From Lingula anatina (Eukaryota > Animalia > Brachiopoda), in assembly GCA_051362555.1 (NCBI GenBank), contig CM120646.1, positions 7,750,001 to 7,814,000 of the forward strand: a stretch of 64,000 bases of DNA. Reading direction: 5' to 3'. Positions 42,248 through 54,925 of the stretch are shown in pieces. Within the stretch, counting starts at the first letter, position 1, and every line of letters starts with the position of its first letter. The notes under the pieces are model-generated. The model searched no databases. It was not told the origin of the DNA and saw only the letters and a program-made list of their open reading frames with translations. A program made the translations under genes and the position numbers.

Positions 42248-42708
42248 GTCATAACTTAAACAAATTGTATTCAATAATCAACCTTATTTTTATCCAAATG
42301 TGATTTTGACGTCACAACTATGACGTGGCAATTTACAACTGTGGTGTCGTAATCACATCCATAATCAAATAAATACTAAAGAGGTCCAATAGTGTTTCTT
42401 TTTTATTAAACGATACTTAATATCCAGTTACCTTCTAGCTTATTAAGAAGTGGAATTAAAGTCACCAGTTATGCAGCAATAAGTACAGCCTATTGCAAAG
42501 CGGAGTGGCTCTGCTATGTGCAGTGCTAAAATTAAGCACAAAGCCAGTAAGTATCGAAGTATGTTTTTCTGATCAGTTTAAAAGAAAGGTCCACAGCCCT
42601 GACAAGTGTCTCGAGTCTTACTGGCGATATATTGACATTTTCTTTTTAGCTTTTGGCATCTACCTTTCTGTCTTAAAAAACTCATTCAATCAACAAATTT
42701 GTACATAC

Positions 42709-43020
42709 CAGCACTTTCAGGCACAGTGGTTTTTGTCGTGATCTGACTTATAAGTGAGTCGTGTAGTAGCTGGCAAATCAATTCCACTGGATCTGCCTGG
42801 GTTGCCATCACTTCAACTGCACTTTCGACAAGAAAGGTGTCTCCCTGGAGTGTCACCGTGTTCGAGGTTGCATTTATCGGCACCTGCATCTGATCAGAAG
42901 TTTGTATTTTAAACCATTTTATCTCAGGTGCTGGTCTTCCGCCATCAGAGGAACAAGTCACCCGGTAGGTATCTGTGGCAACTTGGGGTCCTCGTGTAAT
43001 TTGGGGAGGGAACGGTCGAT
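42709..43020 (-). CDS. R3 C-type Ig exon (membrane-proximal)
   Basis: 312 nt, phase 1-1, open. RPFPPQITRGPQVATDTYRVTCSSDGGRPAPEIKW...LICQLLH. Confidence 0.9.
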
Positions 43021-43129
43021 CTGTAAATGATACAAAGAAATGCATTGTTATGGGATTATGTCATCTTAACCTCAATATCTTATTTTAGTTGTTTTTTGGT
43101 TTTCTTATCTAATATTCAAAAGCCAATGT

Positions 43130-44385
43130 AACACTGTTTATTAGTCTATCATATTAAGTGATTATTCCCCGACAACCTGCGGAGTTTTAAGGTTTAATGT
43201 GTCTGTCAATAGAAGATCTTGACAAATTTTCGTCAAGCGTTTTTGGTAAGTGCGACAACGTTTCTTTCTTTAAAAAATCTTGCGGAGATACAAATGCATG
43301 TTTTTGGACTAGACCGATTTTAGTTCGCACTCGAAAGAGATCACATCATAATCTGATAATTGCGTTTAAGAAAACAACTTTTAGGGTAGAAAGGGCTTAT
43401 ATTCTGATCGTAAAGACCTCGAAGGTTTAAAACTTAAGATATGTATTTCATTTTTAAGAATCTGCATCAACTTTTTTTACGACCGCCTCTCCTCCCTGTT
43501 GATTCTATCATAATGTATTCATGCTTTATCTGAAAGAAAAAACTAGAAATTTTTGAAAAATTTCTCTTATTTAGTCATTACTTTAGATAAAGACTTTTCT
43601 GGGCCATCAAGCATCACAGTCGTATCGTCTGCGTATCGAGTTAATAAAATAGGGGTGTTATCAATAGTGATAATTTTTATATTTTTGTTATTCTTGAGTA
43701 TTATTGAGAGTTTTTCCGCGCATAAAATAAACAAATAGGGGGCTATTGGGTCTCCCTGCCTGCAGCCTCTTTTAATCTAAAATTACTCTGAGAGATTGCC
43801 TCCTTGATTTATTGCTGCTTGGGCACCCTTTTTTTAAGTATTTATCCATTTGGTAATGCTTGCACCAAAGTTTAAAAAAAATTAGTACCCTGTTAATAAA
43901 CTTTTTCACAACATAGCGTCAAAGGCCTTTTCAAAATCTAATACAATGTAGCACTAACATTCCAGGAATATGGTTATCTTCTGTGTATTGCATAATATCA
44001 TATACAGCACGGATACTTTCCTCGATGTATCTCCCTGGAATAAACCCGCACTGATCGTCTGAAATAAGTTTGCCCAGATATTTCTTGACTCTGGTTGCTA
44101 TGACCCCGAAGGTTATTTTATAGGTAACGTTTAACAAAGAGATCGGTCTCCAGTTTTTCAAGTTTTGCTTGCTGTGGCCAGAATACGTTGAAGAACTCGA
44201 CAGTTAACCCGCCTGAGCCTGGACTCTTCTTACTTTTCTTTTTTTCCAGAATGTTGGATGCTTCGTTTAGACTAATTACACCTTCTAGTTCACTTGACTC
44301 CACATCTTTGAGCCTCAATGAATAATTGTGCGGTAGGATTGTACTTAAGTCAACATCAATCACTTCACTAGACTCTGCAAATAAC
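43130..44385 (-). mobile_element. L1/Tx1-type LINE reverse transcriptase remnant
   Basis: Frameshifted RT motifs: KSPGSGG, NWRPISLLNVTYKI, DQCGFIPGR, LDFEKAFD, RGCRQGDPIAPYLF, YADDTT. Confidence 0.85.
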
Positions 44386-44880
44386 TAAGGAACAGTGTGG
44401 AGTTGTATACCAGTGTGCGTGTCAGGTGTGTTGAGAGAAATACATCGGAGAGACAGGACGTTCCTTAACAGAAAGAATCACTGAACATCAAAAATCCATC
44501 AAAAAACGTGCTAAAAGAACAGACAGCGCATAACATCAACATAACATCAACAACCATAGAAGACAAAAATCTTGGAAAGAATACCACAAGATCTACACCG
44601 CAAAGTTCTTGAAGCAATTAACATCCGCTTACATGGGGCCAAGTTGAATCGGAATGATGGGACTGAGCTACCCAACCTCTACCTACCACTCCTAAGGGAG
44701 GGGGCAGGTAAAGGGGGGGGGGAATCTGACCAAATAGCACACCAGAGGGGGTGATAGGTTGTCATACCTGTCACAACCTCATTCCCTGATGAAGTCTGAC
44801 TGAAAGCAGACGAAATATTGGATGGTAAGATCAGACAAATATAAGTAGCTATATACAAAAGAATCCTCATAAGTCTATTA
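44385..44880 (+). mobile_element. Penelope-like element 3' remnant (GIY-YIG endonuclease and terminal repeat)
   Basis: GVVYQCACQVC*EKYIGETGRSL...RITEHQ...[10 protein letters not shown]...LNRNDG is the typical PLE GIY-YIG C-terminus. Confidence 0.8.
44780..44826 (+). ncRNA. Minimal hammerhead-ribozyme-like motif of the Penelope element
   Basis: CTGATGA (44786-44792), stem GTCTG/CAGAC, GAAA (44812-44815), short TATT, weak stem I (CATTCC/GGATG). Confidence 0.55.
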
Positions 44881-45251
44881 CAATAGCATAGCTAATGAAA
44901 CTGTTCTACAGGAAACGGAAATGGTTTTGCCCCAGATCTCCATAAGACGGGTCTCAAGAAAGAGTTGATCATTTACGGTAAACTGTACGTCACAGTCCGA
45001 AATAGAGCAGATATTATTTAGGTTATAGACAGGAAGTGCATACTGGGTTTTTATTTTATAAATAATTTTTTTTTATATTGTCAATATATTCTAAATCATC
45101 TAGCAGAGAATTATTAAATTTCCATAACCCTGTACCTTTCCTAAATGTGTTAAATTCAATATTTATCCCCACAATGGAGTGGTCCGATCTATAACTCGAT
45201 TCGATATATGAATTTTTAATACTTCTTTCAAGGTAAGTGATTTTTACTTAC

Positions 45252-45626
45252 ATACTAATTTGAGTTTCTGTGCCGAAGATATTGCCATGGGATTATTGAG
45301 TATGGTGGAAACTTTACAGTAATAGCTCCCCTCATCTGCCGACGTGACTGTGCCAATTGTCACCGTGAATGATGGATCAGAGACTGTAACCATCACGTCA
45401 GTTCTAGAGGCAAAAGAGTTCTGCAGCTGGTAACTACCGTCAGATATCACTATTCCCACTATTTGGTTTGAAGCGGTCGTTCCATTTTTATAGAAATACA
45501 CGACCTGCATCGTCTCTCCGGGATCCACTGTGTAACTGCACACAAGGTTCACAGTTGGTGGGATGCCGCTGTCGGGATTCATGACCAAGCCATAAGAAGG
45601 TAAATCAGCCAGTGTTACTACTAACC
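45252..45626 (-). CDS. R3 V-set Ig exon (divergent)
   Basis: 375 nt, phase 1-1, open. LVCSYTVDPGETMQVVYFYK...DEGSYYC. No leader exon found between it and the stalk exon at 47263. Confidence 0.9.
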
Positions 45627-47262
45627 CTATGTAATAAGAACAAATAATAATTATTAAGAATTATATTTAAAAATCCCTAGAAATATATGGCAAGAAATCC
45701 CTCAATTGTTCAATTTGTACCTTGAAGTGTTCATTTTTAGTGTTGCGTTTTATAATGTAATATGATGTGATGTAATGTGATGTATCAAACCTTGTAATTG
45801 GTTTATAGTGTAAAATGCAAGTCAAACTTTTCTTATTAAAAGAGGTACAGACTTGACATTGGATATGGAATATATCAGTATCAAGGGTATGCCTAAGTAA
45901 ATTTGCGTTCTTTTTCAAGAAAAACAAAAGATCTCATAAAAGATATGTAAATGGAGAAGTCACATGTACCGCTACCAGTGCAATGCGTAAAATGAGCCAA
46001 GCAGTGTTACATAATGACGCATTTTCAGACAGATTATTGTGTCACATGGAAGTGTCTGCATAGTTTTAAAAAATTACGACCAGGCTGATGATCAAACATG
46101 ATTTTAAACCTTATTTTCATTTATCAGTCAGAAAAATAGGAAAACATTGATGAAAACTGATTTGGAAAAAATATTCCATATTAAATACCAAGTCTGTATA
46201 TTTTTTTCTTGTATCGTAAATGTATAGTTTGTCATCATCTTGGTTAAAATGACGTATGAAGTCGCTTTTGTTCTTCTTCACCTTTTGAAAACCTGCCTAA
46301 CTTGAGGGGTCTATGGAGGCGATCTCCTTGTTGTTTAAACGATTTAAAAGAAAATTCAATAAATGTCACAACAAGATACTTGCAGGCCGACTATAAATCA
46401 GCATAGGCCGGATTAATACACGTCACAATAATTCTTGATTTTTGATAGGCTATTCACATCTCCATAAAGCCAAGAGAACATACCAATAGTAATCCATCTG
46501 AGTACATTCTTATTACACCTTTTTTTCAATTATATTGTATATGGGGGATTACAAATCGACTTTTGTCTTGCAGAAGTTTATATTGTCTGTCAGCCTTCAG
46601 TTTACTTTGACAAAATGTTTCAATTGATATTAAGCTTTAAATTAAAAATGCAGCCATTAGTTGGCGGAATAATAAGTAATATTGCTTGATAGCACCTAGC
46701 CCAGAATATGTTTCATGCTATCATTAAAAAGTTGAGGGTTTTCAAAACCCGACTGATCAGTTATTTTACTTATACCTACGTTTTATTTATCCACACCTAC
46801 TGAAGCTGTCAGGGGGTAATTAACTATTGCTTAGCAGTTTCAGTTGGCGTGCCAGACATCTTAACCGCTTAAGCTGTTTAAGCTGCAATTTAGCGAGAAT
46901 CCTGTCAGAGATGGGTCGGTCCTGCTATTTTCTAGGTATGGGAATGGGATCTAAATGACTAGGTAGCTATGTTTTCCTGTACATTAAAAAAGTAATAACC
47001 GACTTCAGGTACTTATATTTGATGGGTTCTAGATTGAATTAGACGTTGGATTTTTTTAAAACGCGTGCAGTATATCTTGAAATTATCCTCCCTGAGTAGA
47101 TACACATATAACACGTGTATGAGTATGCAAGTCATGTAAATAGGTTAAACTGGATAACACATGAGAAATGAATGGGTGACTTTACACGCTCATTCATTTT
47201 TATGTGGACAAAGGTTTAAAATGAAATAAAAGAAAAATAAATGCATCATAAATTGCACCTAC

Positions 47263-47304
47263 CTGCAACATTAGTAGATTTCGTAGTAGTGGTAGTTGAA
47301 GGAG
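47263..47304 (-). CDS. Ser/Thr stalk exon APSTTTTTKSTNVA
   Basis: 42 nt with ttttag acceptor and G/gtaggt donor. Paralogue of 59543-59584 and 28191-28232. Confidence 0.85.
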
Positions 47305-47551
47305 CTAAAAAAGCGAATTCAATCACTTCTTAAGATAAGTAATAATAAAAGTACCTCATGCACATCCACTAGACCAGCAGAATGATTCAGCACTTACGAG
47401 TCTGGTGTTGAAGTATGTTTTACTTTTTAATGTACAAACAAAGATATAAGCTCTTTGTAATAGAGCTTAGGCTTTTCCAGCACCTAATTATTTGTCTTCA
47501 GGTGAAATGTAATTGACAAACTACCAATCTGAGTAAAATACACAAACATAC

Positions 47552-47863
47552 CTGCACTCTCAGGCACTGTAATACTTGTCTTGGTTTGACTTGTCAGTGA
47601 ATCGTATAATAGTTGACAAATTACTTCAACTGGATCTGCCTGGGTTGCCATTACTTCTACTTCACTTTCGACAAGAAATGTGTCTCCCTGGGGTCTCACC
47701 GTGTTCGCAGTTGCATTTATGGCCACCTCCATCTGATCAGAACTCTGCATTTTAAACCATTTTATCTCAGGTGCTGGTCTGCCGCCATCAGAGGAACAAG
47801 ATACCCGGTAAATTTCTGTGGCAACTTGAGGTCCTCGTGTAATCTGGGGTGGATTTGGCCAAT
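47552..47863 (-). CDS. C-type Ig exon
   Basis: 312 nt, phase 1-1, open, close to the other three C exons. Confidence 0.9.
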
Positions 47864-48505
47864 CTACGGGGTTGTAATATTTAAGTTGCATATGAAATCA
47901 AATCTTTGCCACCTAGCCCGACCCAATGCCATCATATGGATTAAACAAAATCCTAGATATAAGTTAAACAAAGGTTTTCGTCGAATACATTCAGAATACG
48001 ATATTTAAGCGAAAATGTTCTGCTTTATGCCTGTGCTATGTATAACCCTTGGTCGTTTCCATCAATAATTATATGAATAATAATGTAATCGTACATGCAA
48101 TAGTAATGCAACAGACATTTCTGTGTTATTTGATGGAATTTTACCAACCGGAGGGGCCGATACATAGACTTAATTTACGACCAGATTTTTAGAAGGTGTA
48201 TTTTTAAAGCTTTTCTTTGCCTGACCAAAAGATTAATTTAGTTTTTCTTTAGGCATGTCGACACTCTTTGAATCGTACAAGACGCTAGTAAGTTGTTTAT
48301 ATGAGTTACAGGGAATCTACGCCCTCTTCATAAATGTATGTTTAGAGTACAACAGATGGTGCGCTTGAAACATTCTAGATTTGGCATGAGCTTTTAGATG
48401 ACCCATTTGTTCAGACAATTTACAGCTATATATGGCTACTGTTGAACTTTTTCAGTAATATATGGACAAAAATCGAACATGCTAATACTTATGTGATTCA
48501 CTTAC

Positions 48506-48880
48506 AGAGTAAACTAAGGATTTGCTCGTCAGTTGTCACGACGGCTGCATTGAATGTAAGGGAAACTCGACATCTATAGCTCCCCTCATCTGCCATGGTG
48601 ACTCCACCGATAGTTAACGTGAATGATGGATCAGAGCCTGAAGCCGTCACATCAGCTCTAGTGGTATAGCTGTTAAGTTTCCTGGGAGTTCCATCAAATA
48701 CCTGTATTACTACTATTTGGTTTGCTGTGTCAGTTCCATCTTTGAAAAAAGTCACATACTGAGCTGTCTCTCCTTGATCCACTGTGTAACTGCACACAAG
48801 GTTTAGTGGTTGTGGGTTGCCGCCCTCAGGATTCATGACGTACCCATTGACAGGCAAACCAGCTAATGTTACTTCCAACC
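48506..48880 (-). CDS. V-set Ig exon (R1/R2-like)
   Basis: 375 nt, phase 1-1, open. By-eye count: 17 of 125 residues differ from the R1 V domain. Confidence 0.9.
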
Positions 48881-49455
48881 CTGAAAAAGGATATACATCT
48901 TTCATTTCAATGGCAAATGCTGCCTCTCCACCTGTATAATCAGAAAAACGAAGAATAGAGATTTTTATGTAATCGTGAGAAGCATTTTATCCTGCGACGA
49001 TTGACAAAAATCAGGGTGCATCGTTACCAGCAATTAGTTTGAATCTTAAAATGCTAGTTTTTGGCATTTGTGTTCTTGTTTGAATGGAGGCAGGTATTGA
49101 ACTGTTATGACTATTGTTACGGAACCAGTAAAGTAGGTAATGTCTGTTTATGTTATTTTCCGCAATGACGTCCAGTTCAATCGATTGCTAAGCATTTATA
49201 CCAGGAAATAATTATGGGACCAATCCCTGCCAAAGTGAAACTTTGTTACTTCATACCCCTTGGAGAGTAATTATAAAAAAAAGTAATTAAGACCCATTTT
49301 TGTTACGATGAAGAATATGTGTACATCGAGGCGTGAGATTTGAGGAGGACGCATACCCCCGGTATCTATGGTTTCAGCCTAGGATAAGCTGAACTATTCT
49401 TATCATGGCTAACATACTTGGAAGCACCGTAAAGTGCAACGTTTTTACTTCCTAC

Positions 49456-49510
49456 CTTTAGTTGAATATGGAGCTGCACAGAGCAGCACATAAAGACACT
49501 ACTCCTTCAT
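49456..49510 (-). pseudogene. Leader exon with nonsense mutation
   Basis: ATG AAG GAG TAG, whereas the paralogue at 55638 has ATG AAG GAG TGG. The rest of the exon is identical and the donor is intact. Confidence 0.85.
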
Positions 49511-50408
49511 GTTCCTCCTTTGTGTAACCTTTCGTCGTTCATACCTCAATAAGCTGCTGTCACCTTTCTATTGAGAGTTTAAAATAACATACACTCTGTT
49601 ACCCGATAAGCAAATGGCACCACAGTGCAACTAACACAGTTAACTGTCGGTAAAGAAAGTGATGCTGTATAAATTACAGCATCATGGGATTTCTTAGTTG
49701 TAAAGGGTTCATCTTTGTTTTGCTATTTGACGAAATATGTTAAGAAATTGCAAATATTATTGAAACCACACATAGCATGAACACATAGCAAAAAAACATA
49801 CAGAATATCCACAATTTCTATTAGTTAAGGTGCTTTCAGAAAGTCAATCCAGCACTGGATGCTAAGCGTAATAAACGTTATAAGCATAATAAGCACAACT
49901 GCTTCTAAAGCCTCGGTCACAACCGGCCGCACGGGCTCTTACGGCATGTTTGCGTCCAAATTCTGAACAGAAGCTCACGTGCAACGCAAGTCCTTCTTCG
50001 AAATTTGAAGTTCGCAGACAGCCCGTATGCACGTACGTAAGATGTTGGGCATGTCCAAAAGATTCTATGAATAATCTGCGAACAGCGAGGCTACAAACGT
50101 AACTTGCTTCACTCGCAAGGAGTTCGCAAGTGCGACGTGCGTGGTCCAAGATGCACGTCGCAAGCAATGAAGGAGCAATCGTTCGTACGAGTAAATCCCG
50201 TCGCAATTGCCTTTGCGCATGCATAAGTCGTCATTTTATGGTCTTTTTATAGTGTCTGTAATTAAACATGGCAACAGTTTTTTTGGTTGCTGGTCATGAA
50301 AGCATATTATAACAAAGCATTGTACGTTTGATAGAAAAAAAATTGCAGTAAACTTTCAAATGAAGAATGCTATGTATATAGAATATTAAAGATAAGAATA
50401 TTTACTGA

Positions 50409-50578
50409 CAGGCCATGGGGGGGGGGGGGGGTTCGGGGGGTTCGAAAGAACCGCCCTTTTTGCTGGAAAAAGGTCCACTCTGGGTAAAATTTGACCTAGG
50501 TACATGGGGATTATATGGTAAAAGGTCCACTTTTTTTAGAAAAAGAACCCCCCTTTTAAATTGCTGGCTACAGGCCTG
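50409..50578 (-). mobile_element. MITE with 5-bp TSD (hAT5-like), copy 2
   Basis: Reverse-orientation copy of 11123-11290. TSD ACTGA (50404-50408, 50579-50583). Confidence 0.85.
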
Positions 50579-50583
50579 ACTGA

Positions 50584-51162
50584 TGAACATTTAGGATGGA
50601 GAAACCATATTTGAGCCCTGTTATTAACCTTACTGAACATCTGTGGCATGAATTGAAGTGAGCAATGCAAAGGAGAACCAAACCCCTAATTATCTGGATC
50701 ACCTCCCCAAGCTCTTTTATAAAGAATGGGACAATATCCCATAAAACAGAATTGTTACCCTTGTTGAAGGCAGGCCGCGCCACCTACAGGAGGTAATAAC
50801 AGTACGCGGTAAACACAAACGCTATTAGACAAGTAGCCTTTAACGAGCACGCCCTAATGCTAAATGTGTGTAAATTTGGTGACATTTGGAGGTGTCATTT
50901 CAATTTAATGGACATTTCTTTACCTCCGTGGAAATTACAGCGGAACATCGGATTTGGGGAATACATGTAATAAATGTGAATAAATGGTATTAAATATGGA
51001 TATCTTAACGGCTAGTTTGTATTTTCTGTACCACTAATCATGTTAGTTATGGTATCTGTAATGAAAATTACCATGCATAGCAATTAACTCCTGTGATGTG
51101 ACCATTTATAAGTAAAAGCACATTAAACTGGGGGTGGGACAACCTTTTTGACCAATGTTGTA
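50584..51162 (+). mobile_element. Tc1/mariner transposase 3' remnant
   Basis: SPVINLTEHLWHELK...EWDNIP...TLV...EVITVRGKHKRY resembles the Tc1 SPDLNPIEHLW C-terminal region. TIR-like end CTTTTTGACCAATGTTG-TA. Confidence 0.7.
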
Positions 51163-51972
51163 TTTATATTACGGGCAGAGAGCAGGTATGGTTTCATATT
51201 GCATGTAGCTTGGGTAAAATTTATGGAAATAATATAATGTAATTTAGATTTCTTTTTATATAGAAGTATTTTGTGTAATATACATAAGTTTACATGTTTT
51301 TCATAATTATAATCAGTAATTTAGGCTATGGACATTGTGTTTATTAAAGAGTATGTTGGTATGGGCGTGGCATTTTTATGAACAACACGTAATGCATTCT
51401 GAAGCTTTAATAAATCACAGTAACAGCTCAGATTGTCATGACCGTCTCTGGGCCGCCAGTTTGCAGGGGAAAACTAATATGGATATAGTTTTAGTGTAAG
51501 TGTTTGAAATTAAATAATTAGTTAAACAAAGTTACACGTATGTAAAGATTTTTTATAAGATCACACAAATGAAGTTATTTAGTATATTTAGTTTATTTAT
51601 CTCGATATTTCACTGTATTGTCAATATTATTATTTTATTTTATTTTAAAAGTTTTCACCAGTTTCTGTTCTGTTCAATTCAGTTCAGTTCAGTTGAATTC
51701 CGCTGTGAACAGTTCATATTGCGTGAATAAACGGTAGTCATACCCAACGATGTTTCTTCGTTTTTATTCGTGGTCCGCTCCAGAAAGTAGACATTTATTG
51801 AACTTCGAGACATTTTAAAACTGTTTCTCTCTAACATAAAATAGTCCAATATTTTACACACGGACAAGTATTCAAAACTGGTGCATTTGTTCAAATATAT
51901 TTAATTTAAAAAATACGCGCATTAATGTAAACTATGGGCATAAGTGTAATGCATTCATTAATGGCCACTTAC

Positions 51973-52347
51973 CAAAAACTATAAGGTTCTGTGGCGATGA
52001 CGTCACAGTATTCTGTTGGAAGTTCAGGACAACTTTACAGGTATAATTTCCTTTGTCAGAATACTGCAGAGAGGCTATTCTGAGAGTATATTGTGGGTCA
52101 TTGGTATTAACTTCGACATCGGATCTACCCTGGTAACTGTTCTGTTTCGCAGAAGCTCCATCTGCTACTTTAACTACTGCTATTTGATGAGCAGTGTCGG
52201 CACCATCTTTGTAAAATATCACATATTCTGCAGGCTGCGTGTCGGAGCCTAGGTCGTAACTACACACAAGTTGAGCCGACGGAGCCGCAGCGGCTTGGTT
52301 CATAAGGTATCCATTGGGATTCACTCCAGACAAAGTCACTGTCAAAC
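51973..52347 (-). CDS. Most divergent V-set Ig exon (no adjacent C exon)
   Basis: 375 nt, phase 1-1, open. QLVCSY...YVIFYK...YTLRIASLQYSDKGNYTC. Acceptor attttag, donor G/gtaagt. Confidence 0.88.
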
Positions 52348-52644
52348 CTAAAATCCAAAAAATGTCCATTCAAATGTTACTTACTCTAAATAATGATAAT
52401 AATGATTTCTTAAAAAACGCACTACACTACCGTCTCAGTGCTGCTCACAAATAAAAAAAATCAGAATTACAAAGTAATTGTATAAATAAGAAAAGCTAAG
52501 GTGAGTTAAACAATTGAAATGATTAATGCTGGTTGTAATAGTAATAGTCTTATCAATAAAACCTTTTCTGATAAAATGAGAAAATATATAATTTCAAGTA
52601 TTGTATTGTAGTTGAAGTACTGTGAAAATAAGAATGTTTTCAAT

Positions 52645-52755
52645 TCTTTTTTAAAAACCTCAACACTGTCAATAGTCCGAATGTATGAGGGTAGTTCATT
52701 CCATAAAATGGGTGCTGCAATTGAAAATGCCCTGTGGCCCTAGGTTTTAGTTGTT
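52645..52755 (-). mobile_element. L2/CR1-type LINE 3' remnant
   Basis: GHRAFSIAAPILWNELPSYIRTIDSVEVFKK matches the L2 ORF2 C-terminal motif. Confidence 0.7.
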
Positions 52756-54925
52756 TTTCCATTGATTTGCCTCAGATAGTCTGCAGTAAGAATGTAACTG
52801 GATGTAATTGAAGGCCAGAGTTTAGCTCATCCAATGCAAACAATAAAATGTCTGGTCTTTCAATAACGTTATACACAACATGGTTTATTCGGTTTCTTGG
52901 CTTTTTTGACAAAAAAAAAAAAAAAACGACAATAAAAAAGGAATGCACCACTCGGATCCACTTTAATAAGATTTCCGGCATTCTTAATTTCTCTTTAGAT
53001 CTTTGGTTTTAGTAACAAGTAAGAGATACATTCTACGGAAAAACAGAAAGGGGCCGCTATTATCCACGCTTGACACTACGGCACATGATGGTTTTGAACG
53101 ACACAGCAGTGGATATCGTTATCTTCAGACCATGCTTAAGAATCAGTTACAGTAGAGCAGTAAGCGTTAATTGTAATAAAATCAGTACATATACTAGTAC
53201 AGTGGGTTGTCTACTGGGGAAGGGTAATTTTCAATTATCTATGGTGTTTCACCATCTAAAACACAGTCTGGGCCTCCAGCATTGATCCGGTAGCATCTCT
53301 GATATATTTTGTCTTAAATTAGCTTTATGTGAACGGGTCCATAACAAAAAGGACATATCAATTTTTTGAGATCACGTCTCCAATAACAATAAGCTTTCCC
53401 CTGTCAGGAGCAAGTATCACGATACAACTTTTAAAAGGTTAAAAATCGTCTCTTTAAATTAAGACTGTAATTTTTGTCCACTTCATTTTATAGCAAAGCC
53501 GACATAATTCGCGAAAATAAAGTAGGAACCCATCTAAAACATTGTCAGTGTCCTTTGTCTTACCGAAACAGCACAATATTTCACTAAAGTGGGTAGTACT
53601 ATAGCAGATACATCAATGGCTAAACTCAGGCAAACAGAAATTTTATGAAGACCAATTTCTGATTTGAAAATTCAAATAAGCTTTCCCCAAACTGAAAAAG
53701 TAACATTAGTTGACATAATTTGACGGCCTTCATTATTATGACTATTATGACTTCCTCTGCTGTCATTTTTATATTTGTGCATCTTTTATATCTAAATAAG
53801 TATAAAGAAGGTGTGGTGCCTCTTTATATGAGTGATAGACCTTGGAGGTCGACTTATTGCTTAGCGCTATATGGATCGTTTATGATATACCTTGTTGTTC
53901 AGCTGATAGTTTGTCATTCAATGCAAGTAGAGACCCAGCATTATTATTTCAAAGCTTTGGAGTAGCTGGTTAGTTTTAACAGTGCACTCGTCGGCAAAAG
54001 TAATAATTACTAATTGAATGTTGATATCTGCATGTATACAGATAGTGGCGTTTAACGTGCGCAGTATAAACAACATAAGATTTAAATTTTCTTGCTTTCG
54101 ACTTTTAAGGGAAGGGGGGCTAAGTACCCCAACAATGCAGGAAATGTTTTTGCGATCCTTCTCATTTTACAACGGGTTGATTATTAGGAGAGTTACAGAC
54201 TTTTTTCTGTCGTTGATGTAGATTTTTTATCATCTTGGTTAGAAATGACATATGAAGTCGCTTTTCTTCTTTACCTTTTGAAAAGCTGCGTCACTTAATG
54301 GGTCTATGGAGGTGATCTCCTAGTTGTCTATGCATTAGTCTAAGCCGACAAATCTTCAAGTCATTAAATTATTTCAAAGGACAGAAAGGCACATTTAGTT
54401 CCTACCATCAGATGAATATAGAGTTACAAAAAGCAACACAAAAATACACTACGTCCGTCCAGGTACTTCCTGGGTTTTTTATTGGGAGATAAAAATAACA
54501 TATCCGTTGCTGCCTGATAATCAACAAAGTTGAACCTAATACAATTAACCTGTGGTATACATAACGTTATGCTAGAAAAATTACAACATCGGTTAATTTC
54601 TGTACTTAAGTCTGATCAATACTATTCTGTTTTCCGAAATATGATAAGAAAAGGCAAATAATATTGAAACACAATAAATAAAAAACATAGTATTCATAAT
54701 TTCATAAGGCGTTTTTTCAGAAAGTCAATCCAACCCTGGCTGTGGAGTACACGTTTAATATAGATAATTATTCTTTCTATTACAACGGGGATGAAATATC
54801 ATTTTCAGTTTCTTAATTTTCTCTGTTACGTGGGCGCATATCAGATAAACCCCAGCGGTTAATAGGGGCTGTGCATGAGTTCTACAAAGAGGTGCGTCTG
54901 ATTTTCTTTCAGAAACCCCTTGTAG

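Noticed and set aside
46230-46920. Separate leader exon for the 45.6-kb V exon
   Set aside because: Candidate ATGs hit stops or lack a hydrophobic core, and the segment shared with ~54225-54330 has no consistent open frame.
49650-49695. IRF-like (GAAAGTGA) and kB-like (GGGATTTCTT) promoter motifs
   Set aside because: Imperfect, and not retained in the intact R2 promoter copy.
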